DNA of 64,000 nt from Clostridia bacterium (GTDB taxonomy: Bacteria > Bacillota > Clostridia > UMGS1883). The translations under genes and the position numbers were made by a program. The stretch covers positions 39,343 to 103,342 of the forward strand of contig JAFTUL010000013.1 of assembly GCA_017466275.1 (NCBI GenBank), read 5' to 3'. The stretch's first letter is position 1, and every line of letters starts with the position of its first letter. Shown piece by piece: positions 19,886-30,644 of the stretch. The notes under the pieces are model-generated. The model saw nothing but the letters and a program-made list of their open reading frames with translations, was not told the origin of the DNA and did no database searches.

Positions 19886-21322
19886 ATGAGCAAAGAAAAG
19901 AAATTAGTTGAAGAAATCACATCAATGGATGAGGATTTTGCCCGTTGGTATACCGACATTGTGAAAAAGGCAGACCTTATCGAATATACAAGCATCAAGG
20001 GATGCTGTGTGTTCCGTCCCTATGCATATGCACTGTGGGAAAACATTCAGCACGTTCTTGACACGAAATTCAAGGAGCTTGGTCACGAGAATGTATATAT
20101 GCCTATGTTCATTCCCGAGAGCCTTCTTGAAAAGGAAAAGGACCACGTAGAGGGCTTTGCTCCTGAGGTAGCGTGGGTAACACACGGCGGTCACGAAAAG
20201 CTTCAGGAGAGAATGTGTGTCCGTCCTACAAGTGAAACGCTTTTCTGCGAGCATTACAGTAACATTATTCAGTCACACCGCGACCTGCCCAAGCTTTACA
20301 ATCAGTGGTGCAGTGTTGTAAGATGGGAGAAAACAACCCGTCCCTTCCTCCGCAGTATGGAATTTTTGTGGCAGGAGGGTCATACAGCACACGCAACAGC
20401 GGAAGAAGCACAGGAAGAAACAATCCGTATGCTTAATGTGTATGCGGATTTCTGTGAACAGTACCTTGCAATCCCCGTTGTTAAGGGTAGAAAGACTGAT
20501 AAGGAAAAATTTGCAGGTGCAGTTGCAACATATACTATCGAAAGTCTTATGCACGACGGTAAAGCTCTTCAGTCCGGTACAAGCCATAACTTCGGTGATG
20601 GCTTTGCAAAGGCATTCGGTATCCAGTATTCCGACAAGGATAACAAGCTTCAGCACGTATTCCAGACATCATGGGGTGTTACAACCCGTCTTATCGGCGC
20701 ACTCATTATGGTACACGGTGACAACAGCGGTCTTGTGCTTCCTCCCCGTATTGCTCCCAAGCAGGTTATGATTGTGCCTATTGCAATGCATAAAGAGGGG
20801 GTTAAGGAAAAGGCAACAGAGCTTTGCGATATGCTTAAAAAGACTCTCCGTGCAGATATTGACCTTTCTGATAAGACACCGGGCTGGAAGTTTGCAGAAT
20901 ATGAAATGAAAGGTATTCCCGTAAGACTTGAAATCGGTCCCAAGGATATTGAAAATAACAGCTGTGTACTCGTAAGACGTGACACAGGCGAAAAAATCAG
21001 TGCATCCCTTGACGGTATCGAGGAAACAATTGCAAAGCTTCTTGAAGATATTCAGAATAACCTCTTTAACAAGGCTCTTGAGCATCGTAATGAGCATACC
21101 TATACCGCAACAGATTACGATTCCTTTAAGGAAATCGTGGAAACAAAACCCGGCTTTGTAAAATCCATGTGGTGCGGTGACGAGGCGTGCGAAAACAAGA
21201 TTAAGGAAGATACAGGTGCAACTGCACGTTGTATGCCTTTTGAACAGGAAAACTTAGGCGAAACCTGCGTTTGCTGCGGTAAAAAAGCAAAGACAATGGT
21301 TTACTGGGGCAGAGCATATTAA
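19886..21322 (+). CDS. proS: proline--tRNA ligase, archaeal/eukaryotic-type
   Basis: 478 aa class II aaRS with ProRS-specific C-terminal zinc-binding tail. Typical of the short ProS form. Confidence 0.9.
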   Translation: MSKEKKLVEEITSMDEDFARWYTDIVKKADLIEYTSIKGCCVFRPYAYALWENIQHVLDTKFKELGHENVYMPMFIPESLLEKEKDHVEGFAPEVAWVTHGGHEKLQERMCVRPTSETLFCEHYSNIIQSHRDLPKLYNQWCSVVRWEKTTRPFLRSMEFLWQEGHTAHATAEEAQEETIRMLNVYADFCEQYLAIPVVKGRKTDKEKFAGAVATYTIESLMHDGKALQSGTSHNFGDGFAKAFGIQYSDKDNKLQHVFQTSWGVTTRLIGALIMVHGDNSGLVLPPRIAPKQVMIVPIAMHKEGVKEKATELCDMLKKTLRADIDLSDKTPGWKFAEYEMKGIPVRLEIGPKDIENNSCVLVRRDTGEKISASLDGIEETIAKLLEDIQNNLFNKALEHRNEHTYTATDYDSFKEIVETKPGFVKSMWCGDEACENKIKEDTGATARCMPFEQENLGETCVCCGKKAKTMVYWGRAY

Positions 21323-21355
21323 TTTTTAACGAATGAAAACGAGGAGGGAATGAAG

Positions 21356-22408
21356 ATGTCAGCATATGGTTTTGCATATGGAACACTTGTAGTTCTTTTG
21401 GCGGCATTTATCCCGGGCATTATTGCGGCAGGAAAGGAGCACCGATTTTCAAGGTGGTATATTTACGGAATTTTTCTGCTTCCTGTGGCGTTTGTTCATT
21501 CCCTGATTCTTAAAAAACCGATACATATAATCAATGTTATAACTCACAATAAGGAAAACCCCACCAAAAGAAAGAGGAAGTCCTACCGTGCAGTACCTGC
21601 GGAGAAAAAGAAAATCACCATTTCCCCGAAATACCTTTATATGGTGTTTTTCTCAAAACTGATATTCGGTGCATTTGTGGCACTTTCCGTATTTGCCATA
21701 TTCAGAGCTTTTGTACAGGGTACGGAAAGTTTAAGAATGGCTTGCTTTGTGTTTGCCTTTCTTTTTTCCGTGATGCTCTCCATTGTTGAACTGTGCAGGT
21801 TTTCGAGATTTCCGCATATGGCGGATGAGATTACAAAGAGAGCGTTGATAACGGTTATGATTTCCGTTGTTGCGTCACTTCCGATTTATATTATTAAGAA
21901 ATTTGTTTTAGATAATATAGTGCCTCAAAATTACTCGGATTTCGTGCGGTTTGTCTGCACAATAGTATCCTTTGTGATTTTTATAGCACTTCTAATGCGG
22001 AAACAACAGCTTTATTATTCTGTATTTGCACGCTTTTCAGATTACTGTATGCTGAGTATATTTGCATATGCGATTTTTGCGGCAATCTCACTTATATGGA
22101 TGTCAATTTCAGAAATAAGCCGCCTCATTTATGCGGTGGCAATGCCTATGCAGATTTTCAATATGAAATATTTCGAGGGTGTTGAAATTATAGGAAAGCT
22201 TTCCTATATATACTCAACAGCATTTGTACATCTGTGCATAGTAGCTTTTCTTCTTTTCTCAGGGCTGATGTGCAAAAAATATAAGAGAAAAGAGCTTGAA
22301 GCAAGAATTGAATACCGAAGCAAGGCTTTCAGAATGTCAAGGAAGAGGATTCTTCGCAGGCATATCAGAAAACTTGACGGTGCAGCGGCAAGACCGCTTA
22401 AGGTTTAA
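21356..22408 (+). CDS. polytopic membrane protein, hypothetical
   Basis: 350 aa, at least 8 hydrophobic segments, basic C-terminal tail, no recognisable motif. ATG at 21356 follows GGAGGG. Confidence 0.5.
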   Translation: MSAYGFAYGTLVVLLAAFIPGIIAAGKEHRFSRWYIYGIFLLPVAFVHSLILKKPIHIINVITHNKENPTKRKRKSYRAVPAEKKKITISPKYLYMVFFSKLIFGAFVALSVFAIFRAFVQGTESLRMACFVFAFLFSVMLSIVELCRFSRFPHMADEITKRALITVMISVVASLPIYIIKKFVLDNIVPQNYSDFVRFVCTIVSFVIFIALLMRKQQLYYSVFARFSDYCMLSIFAYAIFAAISLIWMSISEISRLIYAVAMPMQIFNMKYFEGVEIIGKLSYIYSTAFVHLCIVAFLLFSGLMCKKYKRKELEARIEYRSKAFRMSRKRILRRHIRKLDGAAARPLKV

Positions 22409-22414
22409 AAGCAA

Positions 22415-22444
22415 AACGGAGTGAAACCTAAGTTTCACTCCGTT
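22415..22444. terminator. bidirectional terminator between membrane protein gene and murF
   Basis: aacggagtgaaacctaagtttcactccgtt with flanking A/T runs. Confidence 0.7.
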
Positions 22445-22447
22445 TTA

Positions 22448-23806
22448 TTATTTTAAAGCTTCAACAATTTTCGGGAAATCCATAAAATGAGATGCCTTTA
22501 TTAAAATTGCATCACCATCTTTTAAAATCCCGTCTGCTTTTTCGAGAAATTCCTCTTTGGTAGCAAACCACAGTGCATTACCGCCCTTTTCAACGCAGCC
22601 TGCATGGATGTTTTTTGAAAGTTCGCCAATAGCTATAAGGAGGTCAACCTTATTTTTTGCGGCATATTCGCCAACGCTTCTGTGAAGATAGTTTTCATCT
22701 GCACCAAGCTCTCCCATATCACCGAAAATGGAAACACTTCTGGGGTATCCGTCAGTTTTTGTGAGCAGGTCAATACCGCTCATCATTGACTGAGGTGCCG
22801 CATTGTAGCAGTCATCAATAAGGGTGTAGCGGGAAGCTTTTATTATATTTGTTCTTCCGCTTAAGGATTTTGCGGTGGAAATACCATCTTCAATCTGACT
22901 GTGGGTAAGTCCGAGCCAGCTTCCTGCTGCCATTGCCGCCATTGCCGCAAAAAGAACGTGTCTGCCCGGAACTGAAATATGGCAGGAATACCTCTCACCA
23001 AACATCAGTGCAACAAAATCCGTTCCGTCAAAGCCATGTTCATAAAAAGATTCTATGTAAATGTCATTGCCGGAATCAAATCCGTAATCACAACGGTTAG
23101 GTCTGTCAAGCGTTCTTAAAAGGTCGTCATCACCATTTAAAATACAGCGAGAGGTTCTGCTCATATACTCGAAAATCTCGCTTTTTGCTTTTAGGATATT
23201 TTCCCTTGAGCCTAAGTTTTCAATATGAGATATGCCGATATTTGTCATTATACACATATTTGGACGAGCAATAGAGGAAAGAAGCTCCATTTCACCAAAA
23301 TGGTTCATTCCCATTTCAACTACGGCAATTTCCGTATCGGGAAGAATCGACATAATCGTGAGGGGAAGTCCCAGCCCGTTGTTAAAATTCCCCTCGGTTT
23401 TTACCACCTTGTATTTCTGGCACAGAACGGAAGCTACAATTTCCTTTGTCGTGGTTTTTCCCACACTGCCTGTAATACCGATAACGGTAATATTAAGCTT
23501 CTTCCTGTATGCGCGGGCAATGTCCTGAAGTGCTGTTACGGGGTCGTTTACGACTACACAGGGGTAATCGTCATAAGCACGGTCAGTAACCACGCAAAGA
23601 GCGCCGTTTTCCACCGCAGAGGGGATATAGTTGTATCCGTCTGTCTTTTCGCCCTTGATGGCAACAAAAAGGCTTCCGGGACCTGCCTTTCTGCTGTCAA
23701 TTACCGTGGTGGTAATCTTTTGGTCAAGCAGGGTGCAGTCCCCTGTGAAAATACCATTTGTTGCCGACAGTATTTCTCTTATAGTAAAATCAATTTTTGT
23801 GGTCAT
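22448..23806 (-). CDS. murF: UDP-N-acetylmuramoyl-tripeptide--D-alanyl-D-alanine ligase
   Basis: Mur ligase ATP-binding motif GITGSVGKTTT. 452 aa. Confidence 0.9.
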   Translation of the reverse strand: MTTKIDFTIREILSATNGIFTGDCTLLDQKITTTVIDSRKAGPGSLFVAIKGEKTDGYNYIPSAVENGALCVVTDRAYDDYPCVVVNDPVTALQDIARAYRKKLNITVIGITGSVGKTTTKEIVASVLCQKYKVVKTEGNFNNGLGLPLTIMSILPDTEIAVVEMGMNHFGEMELLSSIARPNMCIMTNIGISHIENLGSRENILKAKSEIFEYMSRTSRCILNGDDDLLRTLDRPNRCDYGFDSGNDIYIESFYEHGFDGTDFVALMFGERYSCHISVPGRHVLFAAMAAMAAGSWLGLTHSQIEDGISTAKSLSGRTNIIKASRYTLIDDCYNAAPQSMMSGIDLLTKTDGYPRSVSIFGDMGELGADENYLHRSVGEYAAKNKVDLLIAIGELSKNIHAGCVEKGGNALWFATKEEFLEKADGILKDGDAILIKASHFMDFPKIVEALK

Positions 23807-23885
23807 AATAATACCTCCACAATGTTCTTGGCAATCTTTTTATAAAGAATATGCTCTGTAAACTGTCTTAATACATAAAAACACA

Positions 23886-23912
23886 AACGGAGTGTCCGTG
23901 GGACACTCCGTT
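23886..23912. terminator. bidirectional terminator between murF and pnp
   Basis: aacggagtgtccgtgggacactccgtt followed by TTTATT. Confidence 0.7.
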
Positions 23913-23919
23913 TTATTAC

Positions 23920-26028
23920 TTATTCTTCTTCTGCTGCGTCTGCTTCCATAGCAAGTATAGCATCTTTTCTTGAGAAGTTGTAGCGTCCCATACGGTCAAC
24001 CTCTACAAGCATTACGTTAATCTGGTCGCCTACATTTACAATGTCTGTAACCTTTTCAACTCTCTTGGTGTCTAATTTGCTGATGTGAACAAGACCTTCC
24101 TTACCGGGAAGATATTCAACAAATGCACCAAATTCCATAATCTTAGTAACTGTTGCACTGAAGATATCGCCGATTTCAATGTCACCTGCAATACCGCGAA
24201 CGATACGAAGTGCCTTCTGGGCTGCTTCGCCGTCTGTTGTTGCAAAGAATACTGTACCGTCCTCTTCAATGTCAATCTTAACGCCTGTTTCAGCAACAAT
24301 TTTCTGAATAACTTTACCGCCGCTGCCGATAACCTCACGAATCTTCTCGGGGTCGATTGTTGTGGAAATAATCTTGGGAGCGTACTTGGAAAGCTGATGG
24401 CGAGGCTCAGAAATGCAGGGAAGCATACATTCGTCAAGAATCTTATAACGTGCTTCCTTGGTCTTTTCAAGAGCTTCACGGATGATTTCGGGTGTAAGAC
24501 CGTCAATCTTGATATCAACCTGAATAGCTGTGATACCGTCTTTTGTACCTGCTACCTTAAAGTCCATATCGCCGAAGAAGTCTTCAAGTCCCTGAATGTC
24601 AACCATTGTGATGTAACGGTCACCCTCAGTTACAAGACCGCAGGAGATACCTGCAACGGGTGCCTTAATCGGAACGCCTGCATCCATAAGTGCAAGTGTA
24701 CTACCGCAGATACTACCCTGAGAGGTAGAACCGTTGGAAGAAAGAACCTCGGATACAAGACGGAGTGTGTAGGGGAATTCCTCAGTTGAGGGAATAACTG
24801 GAACGAGAGCCTTTTCAGCAAGTGCACCGTGACCAATTTCTCTTCTTCCGGGACCGCGGCTTGCTCTTGTTTCACCAACGGAGTAGGAGGGGAAATTGTA
24901 GTGGTGCATATATCTCTTTGTTTCTTCGTCGTCAATACCATCGAGAAGCTGTTCCTCTGAAACCATACCGAGAGTACAGGTTGTAAGTACCTGTGTCTGT
25001 CCGCGTGTGAACATACCGCTACCGTGTGTACGGGGAAGAAGACCAACCTCAGATGCGAGGGGACGGATGTCGTTAAGACCACGACCGTCAACTCTCTTTC
25101 CGTCGTCTAAAATCCAGCGGCGTACAACGTATTTCTGGAGCTTGTAAAGAGCTTCATCGATCACGCTTTCCATTTCGGGGAATCTGTCTGCCAAAGCTTC
25201 ATATACGAAAGCGTAAACTTCCTTGAGGTTTTCTTCACGAACATTCTTGTCATCTGTGTCAAGAGCTGCTCTTACCTTATCAATTGCAACATCCTTAACT
25301 GCCTCATAAATATCTTCGGGAACTTCCATATGCTCATAATCGAACTTAGGCTTGCCGATTTCTTTCTGAATACCCTCGATAAATTCACACATCTTGGAAA
25401 TTTCTTTGTGTGCAGCCATAATACCCTCAAACACAAGGTCCTCGGGAACGCAGTTTGCACCTGCTTCAATCATATTAACCTTTTCCTTGGTACCTGCGAT
25501 TGTGAGGAACATCTCACTCTTGTCACGCTCAGCCTTGGTGGGGTTAACAACAACTTTTCCGTCTACAAGACCAACAGTTGCACCTGCAATAGGACCTGCA
25601 AAGGGAACAGAAGAGATAGAAATTGCAATTGATGCACCTATCATAGCTGTTACAACGGGGTCATTATCAGGTTCAACACTCATAACTGTTGTTACAACTG
25701 CAACATCGTTACGAAGATCCTTGGGGAAAAGAGGACGGATGGGACGGTCGATACATCTTGAAGCAAGGATTGCCTTTTCAGTAGGACGGCCCTCTCTCTT
25801 CAAGAAACTGCCCGGGATTTTACCAACAGCGTAAAGCTTTTCTTCATAATCTACTGCCAGAGGGAAGAAATCAACGCCCTCTCTGGGCTTTGCGGATGCT
25901 GTTGCTGTTGCGTGAACAACAGTTTCGCCGTAACGAACAAGACAGCTGCCGCCTGCGAGCTGAGCCATTTTACCTGTTTCAACAACAAGGGGTCTGCCGC
26001 AGAACTCTGTTTCAAAAGTCTTAAACAT
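23920..26028 (-). CDS. pnp: polyribonucleotide nucleotidyltransferase (PNPase)
   Basis: 702 aa with two RNase PH domains plus KH and S1 domains. Confidence 0.95.
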   Translation of the reverse strand: MFKTFETEFCGRPLVVETGKMAQLAGGSCLVRYGETVVHATATASAKPREGVDFFPLAVDYEEKLYAVGKIPGSFLKREGRPTEKAILASRCIDRPIRPLFPKDLRNDVAVVTTVMSVEPDNDPVVTAMIGASIAISISSVPFAGPIAGATVGLVDGKVVVNPTKAERDKSEMFLTIAGTKEKVNMIEAGANCVPEDLVFEGIMAAHKEISKMCEFIEGIQKEIGKPKFDYEHMEVPEDIYEAVKDVAIDKVRAALDTDDKNVREENLKEVYAFVYEALADRFPEMESVIDEALYKLQKYVVRRWILDDGKRVDGRGLNDIRPLASEVGLLPRTHGSGMFTRGQTQVLTTCTLGMVSEEQLLDGIDDEETKRYMHHYNFPSYSVGETRASRGPGRREIGHGALAEKALVPVIPSTEEFPYTLRLVSEVLSSNGSTSQGSICGSTLALMDAGVPIKAPVAGISCGLVTEGDRYITMVDIQGLEDFFGDMDFKVAGTKDGITAIQVDIKIDGLTPEIIREALEKTKEARYKILDECMLPCISEPRHQLSKYAPKIISTTIDPEKIREVIGSGGKVIQKIVAETGVKIDIEEDGTVFFATTDGEAAQKALRIVRGIAGDIEIGDIFSATVTKIMEFGAFVEYLPGKEGLVHISKLDTKRVEKVTDIVNVGDQINVMLVEVDRMGRYNFSRKDAILAMEADAAEEE

Positions 26029-26039
26029 AACTATACCTC

Positions 26040-26180
26040 CAAATAAAATAAATTTTGTTCGAAAGGGTAGTCGTTTATCACTTAATAAAACTGAAAACCC
26101 GATAGGTTGTCCTCTTTATTAAGTGGTAAACACTAAGCGTAACCGCCCTTTCGAGAAATACCTGAAAAAGTCATTAATAT
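26040..26180 (-). promoter_or_regulatory. pnp 5' leader with long hairpin (candidate RNase III autoregulatory site)
   Basis: cacttaataaagaggacaacctatcgggttttcagttttattaagtg hairpin in the ~150 nt leader between the rpsO terminator and the pnp start. Confidence 0.45.
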
Positions 26181-26183
26181 GTC

Positions 26184-26211
26184 GGAGGGAATCTTCCCTC
26201 CGACATAAGAC
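26184..26211 (-). terminator. rpsO terminator
   Basis: atgtcggagggaatcttccctccgacat hairpin. Confidence 0.6.
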
Positions 26212-26231
26212 TACTGACTTCTTTATTGAGC

Positions 26232-26495
26232 TTACTTTCTGAGTCCGAGCTTTTCAACGATTGCACGGTAACGGTTGATGTCAACCTTTGTAAGGTAGTT
26301 GAGAAGACCTCTTCTCTGACCAACCATCTTGAGAAGACCGCGTCTTGAATGATGGTCTTTCTTGTAAACCTTGAGATGCTCGTTGAGGTGATTGATTCTC
26401 TCTGTGAGAATAGCAATCTGAACCTCGGGAGAACCTGTGTCACCCTCGTGAAGCTTGTACTGATCGATAATGCTCTGCTTTGTTTCCTTTAACAT
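26232..26495 (-). CDS. rpsO: 30S ribosomal protein S15
   Basis: [42 protein letters not shown].... 87 aa from an internal ATG preceded by GGAGGT. Confidence 0.9.
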   Translation of the reverse strand: MLKETKQSIIDQYKLHEGDTGSPEVQIAILTERINHLNEHLKVYKKDHHSRRGLLKMVGQRRGLLNYLTKVDINRYRAIVEKLGLRK

Positions 26496-26638
26496 AGTAA
26501 AGAAACCTCCTAATAATATATTTCGACAAAAACTCCGAGTTCCAAGGAAAGGGTTGGAGAAACCGCAAACCATAGTAACCGGATAATATGCCGTCTATCA
26601 TCTTAACACAAGAGTATAATTTTGTCAATAGTTAAAAT

Positions 26639-27343
26639 TCAATTTTCCTTTTTGACAAAATTGAGTGGGGGAAGGTCCTCGTCAAGAGGGTACATTGTGT
26701 AGCCCTCACTCCGTAAAACCTCCAGCAAATCGGGGAGAAGCCGTGCGGTGCTTTTCCTGTCGTGAAGAAGTATCACGGGATTGCCCTTGCATTTTTTGAG
26801 GTCACGGCACAGATTTGACATAATCCTTTCGGGTATTATTTTTCCTACGCTGTCACGTGGGTCTACATTCCAGTCCCACAGAAGATATTCGTTTTCCTCA
26901 AGAATTTCAGCCTGCTTTTTTGTAAGTCGGTATCCCGACCCATAGGGAACACGGACAAGCTTTATGTCCTCGCCTAAAAGGTTTTGAAGTGCCTTGTTGG
27001 TTTTCTCCATTTCCTCCAAAGGCGAGGTCGGGGTATTATAAATAGCTTCGCTATGGCTCACCCCGTGAAGCCCTAGTGCATTTTTGCTGTAATAAATCTG
27101 CTTTATAAAATCAGGATATTGGATTATTCTTTCCTCCAACACAAAAAAGGTTGCCTTTGCCCCATATTCGTCAAGGGTTTTTAAAATATCGGGAGTATTC
27201 AGCGTCGGCCCGTCGTCAAATGTGATGTAGGCTATCTTTTCAGGGGTCTCTTTTGCAAAAGCGTATTGGAGAAAAAGAAAAAGCGGCAACAGTAGAGTTG
27301 CCGCCAGAATATACTTTACGCGGTTTTGTTTCATAATCAGCAC
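26639..27343 (-). CDS. polysaccharide deacetylase family protein (PdaA/PdaB-like, sporulation-associated)
   Basis: Signal peptide, NodB motifs TFDDGP and HGVSH. 234 aa. Confidence 0.75.
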   Translation of the reverse strand: MLIMKQNRVKYILAATLLLPLFLFLQYAFAKETPEKIAYITFDDGPTLNTPDILKTLDEYGAKATFFVLEERIIQYPDFIKQIYYSKNALGLHGVSHSEAIYNTPTSPLEEMEKTNKALQNLLGEDIKLVRVPYGSGYRLTKKQAEILEENEYLLWDWNVDPRDSVGKIIPERIMSNLCRDLKKCKGNPVILLHDRKSTARLLPDLLEVLRSEGYTMYPLDEDLPPLNFVKKEN

Positions 27344-27375
27344 CTCTTATAAAGCATATTTAATAAAAAGTAACT

Positions 27376-28380
27376 TTATGCTTCCAATGATATTGCGTGG
27401 GAAATTGACGGAATACTTTCGCCCTGCATTGTAGAGGTAGGACTCATAAGTGCACCTGTTGCCGCAAAAAGAACACGGCGTAAATTACCCTTTCGCATTT
27501 CGGGTAAGATATATCCGCACAGCATTGATGCGGCACATCCGCAGCCGCTTCCGCCTGCGTGGGTATCCTGTGTTTTTTTGTCAAAAATCAACGCACCGCA
27601 GTCGTTATATTTCCCAAGAGTGTCAATCTTGTCACGCTGGAAAAGCTCCTCTGCAATGCTTTTGCCGATAAGCCCCAAATCTCCTGAAATTACAAGGTCA
27701 TAATAGGAAAAATCCCTGCCCGTAGCATCAAAATGTTTTTTTATGGTATCTGTAAATGCAGGTGCCATTGCCGCACCCATATTACCGATGTCCTTAATTC
27801 CCATATCTACAATTTTACCGCAGGTAACACAGTCTATGAAAGGGCCGTCCCCCTCGTGTCCCAGCACGACACTTCCGCTTCCTGTTACAGTCCATTGTGC
27901 GTTGGGAGTACGCTGACCACCGTATTCAAGAGGGGTACGGAATTGCTTTTCAGCACTGCAGAAATTACTGCTCGTGGCACAGAGAATCCGCTTTCCGCCC
28001 CCGCCACCGAGAATCAGGCTTCCCAGAAGCATACTTTCCGCCATTGTAGAGCAGGCTCCGTAAATTCCCAGAAAGGGAATCCCCAGACTTCTTAAAGCAT
28101 AGCCAGAGGAGGTACATTGGTTAAGCAAATCTCCCGACAGGGAAAAGTCGATGTCCTCCGCCTTGAACCCGCCTTTTTTTAAGGTAAGACCTACGCTTCT
28201 GCGGAGGTTTTCGCTCTCTGCCTTTTCCCAGGTTTCCTGCCCGAAATAGGCATCCTCCTCCACCTCATCAAAATATTTTCCGTAAGGTCCGTCCCCCTCT
28301 TTTTTCCCCACAACGGCGGAAAATGACAGGACAGAGGGCCTTTTATCGAAAACAACTGTTCCGTTTCCAAGATTTTTCAT
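27376..28380 (-). CDS. spoVAD: stage V sporulation protein AD
   Basis: 334 aa thiolase-like fold with SpoVAD-specific sequence (…GIPFLGIYGACSTMAESM…). Confidence 0.85.
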   Translation of the reverse strand: MKNLGNGTVVFDKRPSVLSFSAVVGKKEGDGPYGKYFDEVEEDAYFGQETWEKAESENLRRSVGLTLKKGGFKAEDIDFSLSGDLLNQCTSSGYALRSLGIPFLGIYGACSTMAESMLLGSLILGGGGGKRILCATSSNFCSAEKQFRTPLEYGGQRTPNAQWTVTGSGSVVLGHEGDGPFIDCVTCGKIVDMGIKDIGNMGAAMAPAFTDTIKKHFDATGRDFSYYDLVISGDLGLIGKSIAEELFQRDKIDTLGKYNDCGALIFDKKTQDTHAGGSGCGCAASMLCGYILPEMRKGNLRRVLFAATGALMSPTSTMQGESIPSISHAISLEA

Positions 28381-28384
28381 TGTG

Positions 28385-28822
28385 TCACCTCATAAAAAGA
28401 ATGTATATAATACCCGCAATTACGGATGAAAGCGTTCCGTAAACAATAACAGGTCCTGCAACCGTAAAAATTTTTGTGGCAGTACCGGGGACCATTCCCT
28501 CTGACTTGAATTCCATAGCAGGCGAGGTAACGGCATTGGAAAAGCCTGTGATTGGCACAAGCGTACCTGCACCTGCATATTTTCCTATGCGGTCAAATAT
28601 ACCAAAAGCTGTCAGCACCGATGCTATAAAAATCAGGGTAATTGCTGTTGCACTTCCTGCCATATCCTTGCCTAGCCCTGCTGAAAGATAGGTTTTCCTG
28701 AAAATTTCCCCCAACGTGCAGATAAGTCCGCCGACAAAAAATGCACGCAAAGTATCCTTTATAATAGGGGATTTTCCCGAATGTTTATCCACAATTTTTT
28801 GATATTCTTTCTGTGTAAGCAT
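28385..28822 (-). CDS. spoVAC: stage V sporulation protein AC
   Basis: 145 aa 4-TM protein. SpoVAC-specific sequence. Confidence 0.85.
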   Translation of the reverse strand: MLTQKEYQKIVDKHSGKSPIIKDTLRAFFVGGLICTLGEIFRKTYLSAGLGKDMAGSATAITLIFIASVLTAFGIFDRIGKYAGAGTLVPITGFSNAVTSPAMEFKSEGMVPGTATKIFTVAGPVIVYGTLSSVIAGIIYILFMR

Positions 28823-29025
28823 AAAAATTCTCCTTTATATAAGCGTTACTGCACTACTGATTTCAATACTTTCCTTTACTGAAACACGGAGCATATATGC
28901 ACATAAAAACGCAATAACGATTAAAACTATTTTTAATTTTTTCATAATCTTCACCCTTTCGATTATATTTTCCCCAATAAAAAAAGAAATTCTTATTTTT
29001 CAAAGAATTTCTTTTTGGTAATTTT

Positions 29026-30633
29026 TTACTTAAATTTTTTGCCTATAATTGGTATTTGTGCAAGCTCCTCCCGACTGAACACACGGAAAACCCCGATAAG
29101 GGTGAGGTAAACCGCACTTACAAGTATTATTGTAAAGAGCGTGGAGATGTAAACAGGGAGTACTGCTATAAAGAGCTTATAAACAAAAAGTGCAACTCCG
29201 CCCATTATAAGTGCCGCACAAAGCGGTTTTAAGAAGTATTTTCCCAAAGGAAGTTTCATAGGGAGATTCTTCCTCAGCACATAGAAGCTTATGAAAAAAG
29301 CAGTTGCTTGGCAGACAATACTTCCTATCGGTGCACCATAGATATTGATTTGGGGAATCGGAATGAGGATGATGTTAAGAATCACCTTTAAAATACCGCC
29401 GCACAATACACTCAGGGCAGGAACGAAAATTTTCCCCATACCCTGAAGCGAGCCGTAGATAGTCTGGCTCAATGCCGCAAAGAATACGGTGGGTGCAACC
29501 ATTGTGAAAAGGAGCGAACCCTCGGAAGCGTTAGGATAAATTGTCTGAAGAATAGGCCCCGACAAAACCATATAGCCGATGGTACAGGGCAGGGCAACGA
29601 TTGTGGATATAAGCAGGGAAAAAGAAATTTTTTCCTTTGCCGTGTCAAAATCCTTTACCGCAAGAGCACCTGCTACCGTGGGTACAAGCACCGTGGAAAA
29701 TGCCGTGTTAATCGCAAGGGGAAGGTTTATAAGAACATCCGTCTTGCTGAGAATACCACTTAACCGAACAGCTTCTTCGTCAAGTGCTATTCCCGAAAAA
29801 ACTCCGCTAAGGGCTATTTTTACACCGTGGACAACGGTGACAATGTCTACAATTCTGTTAAGAGAGGCAACAATTGCCCCAAGGGAAATGGGAATTGAAA
29901 CCCACAGAATCATTTTTGCAATTTTGGGCCCTGTTCCCTGAATTTTAATTGCAGGGGCAACAGCAATCTTCTCCTTTATATCCTTTTGGTTGGAAGCGTA
30001 GAATATAAAAAGGTACATACAGCTTAAAAATGTGGAAATGGTTGTTGCCAGCGTTGCACCTGCCGCCATATACTCAGGCTTTTGTCCCACCATTGCAATA
30101 ACAATAAGAATTGTTGAAAGACTCTTTAAAAACTGTTCCAACACCTGACTTGTGTTGGTAGCTTTCATATTGTGCTGACCTGCAAAAAATCCGCGGATAA
30201 CACTTGAAACCGATACGAAAATGAGTGCAGGGGACAAAACTCTGATAGTATATACCGCAGGGGGAGCGTCAAGAATGTTCGTTGCAATAAACTGTGCCCC
30301 AAAAAACATAACTGCCGCAAAAAACGTACCCACTATTGAGAACAGAACAAGTGCCACGCGGAAAATTCGCATTGCACCCTTGTAATCGTCAAGAGCACAC
30401 CTTTCCGAAACAAGCTTGGAAATTGCATTGGGAATACCGATAGAGCTTATGGCAAGGAGCAGGGTGTATATCTGGAAACCGAAATTGTAGTACCCGTTTC
30501 CCATATCACCAAAGCCGTCGATGTTTGTTATTACCATACGGTACACAAAACCGAGAAGCTTCACGGCAACCTGTGCAAATATAATTGCTATTACATTTTT
30601 AATAAAGGTTGGTGCTTTTTTATTTTTAACCAT
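29026..30633 (-). CDS. spoVB: stage V sporulation protein B / MOP-family flippase (polysaccharide biosynthesis protein)
   Basis: 535 aa, ~14 TM segments, MurJ/Wzx-like. Sits next to the spoVA genes. Confidence 0.65.
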   Translation of the reverse strand: MVKNKKAPTFIKNVIAIIFAQVAVKLLGFVYRMVITNIDGFGDMGNGYYNFGFQIYTLLLAISSIGIPNAISKLVSERCALDDYKGAMRIFRVALVLFSIVGTFFAAVMFFGAQFIATNILDAPPAVYTIRVLSPALIFVSVSSVIRGFFAGQHNMKATNTSQVLEQFLKSLSTILIVIAMVGQKPEYMAAGATLATTISTFLSCMYLFIFYASNQKDIKEKIAVAPAIKIQGTGPKIAKMILWVSIPISLGAIVASLNRIVDIVTVVHGVKIALSGVFSGIALDEEAVRLSGILSKTDVLINLPLAINTAFSTVLVPTVAGALAVKDFDTAKEKISFSLLISTIVALPCTIGYMVLSGPILQTIYPNASEGSLLFTMVAPTVFFAALSQTIYGSLQGMGKIFVPALSVLCGGILKVILNIILIPIPQINIYGAPIGSIVCQATAFFISFYVLRKNLPMKLPLGKYFLKPLCAALIMGGVALFVYKLFIAVLPVYISTLFTIILVSAVYLTLIGVFRVFSREELAQIPIIGKKFK

Positions 30634-30644
30634 AAAAACAGTCC

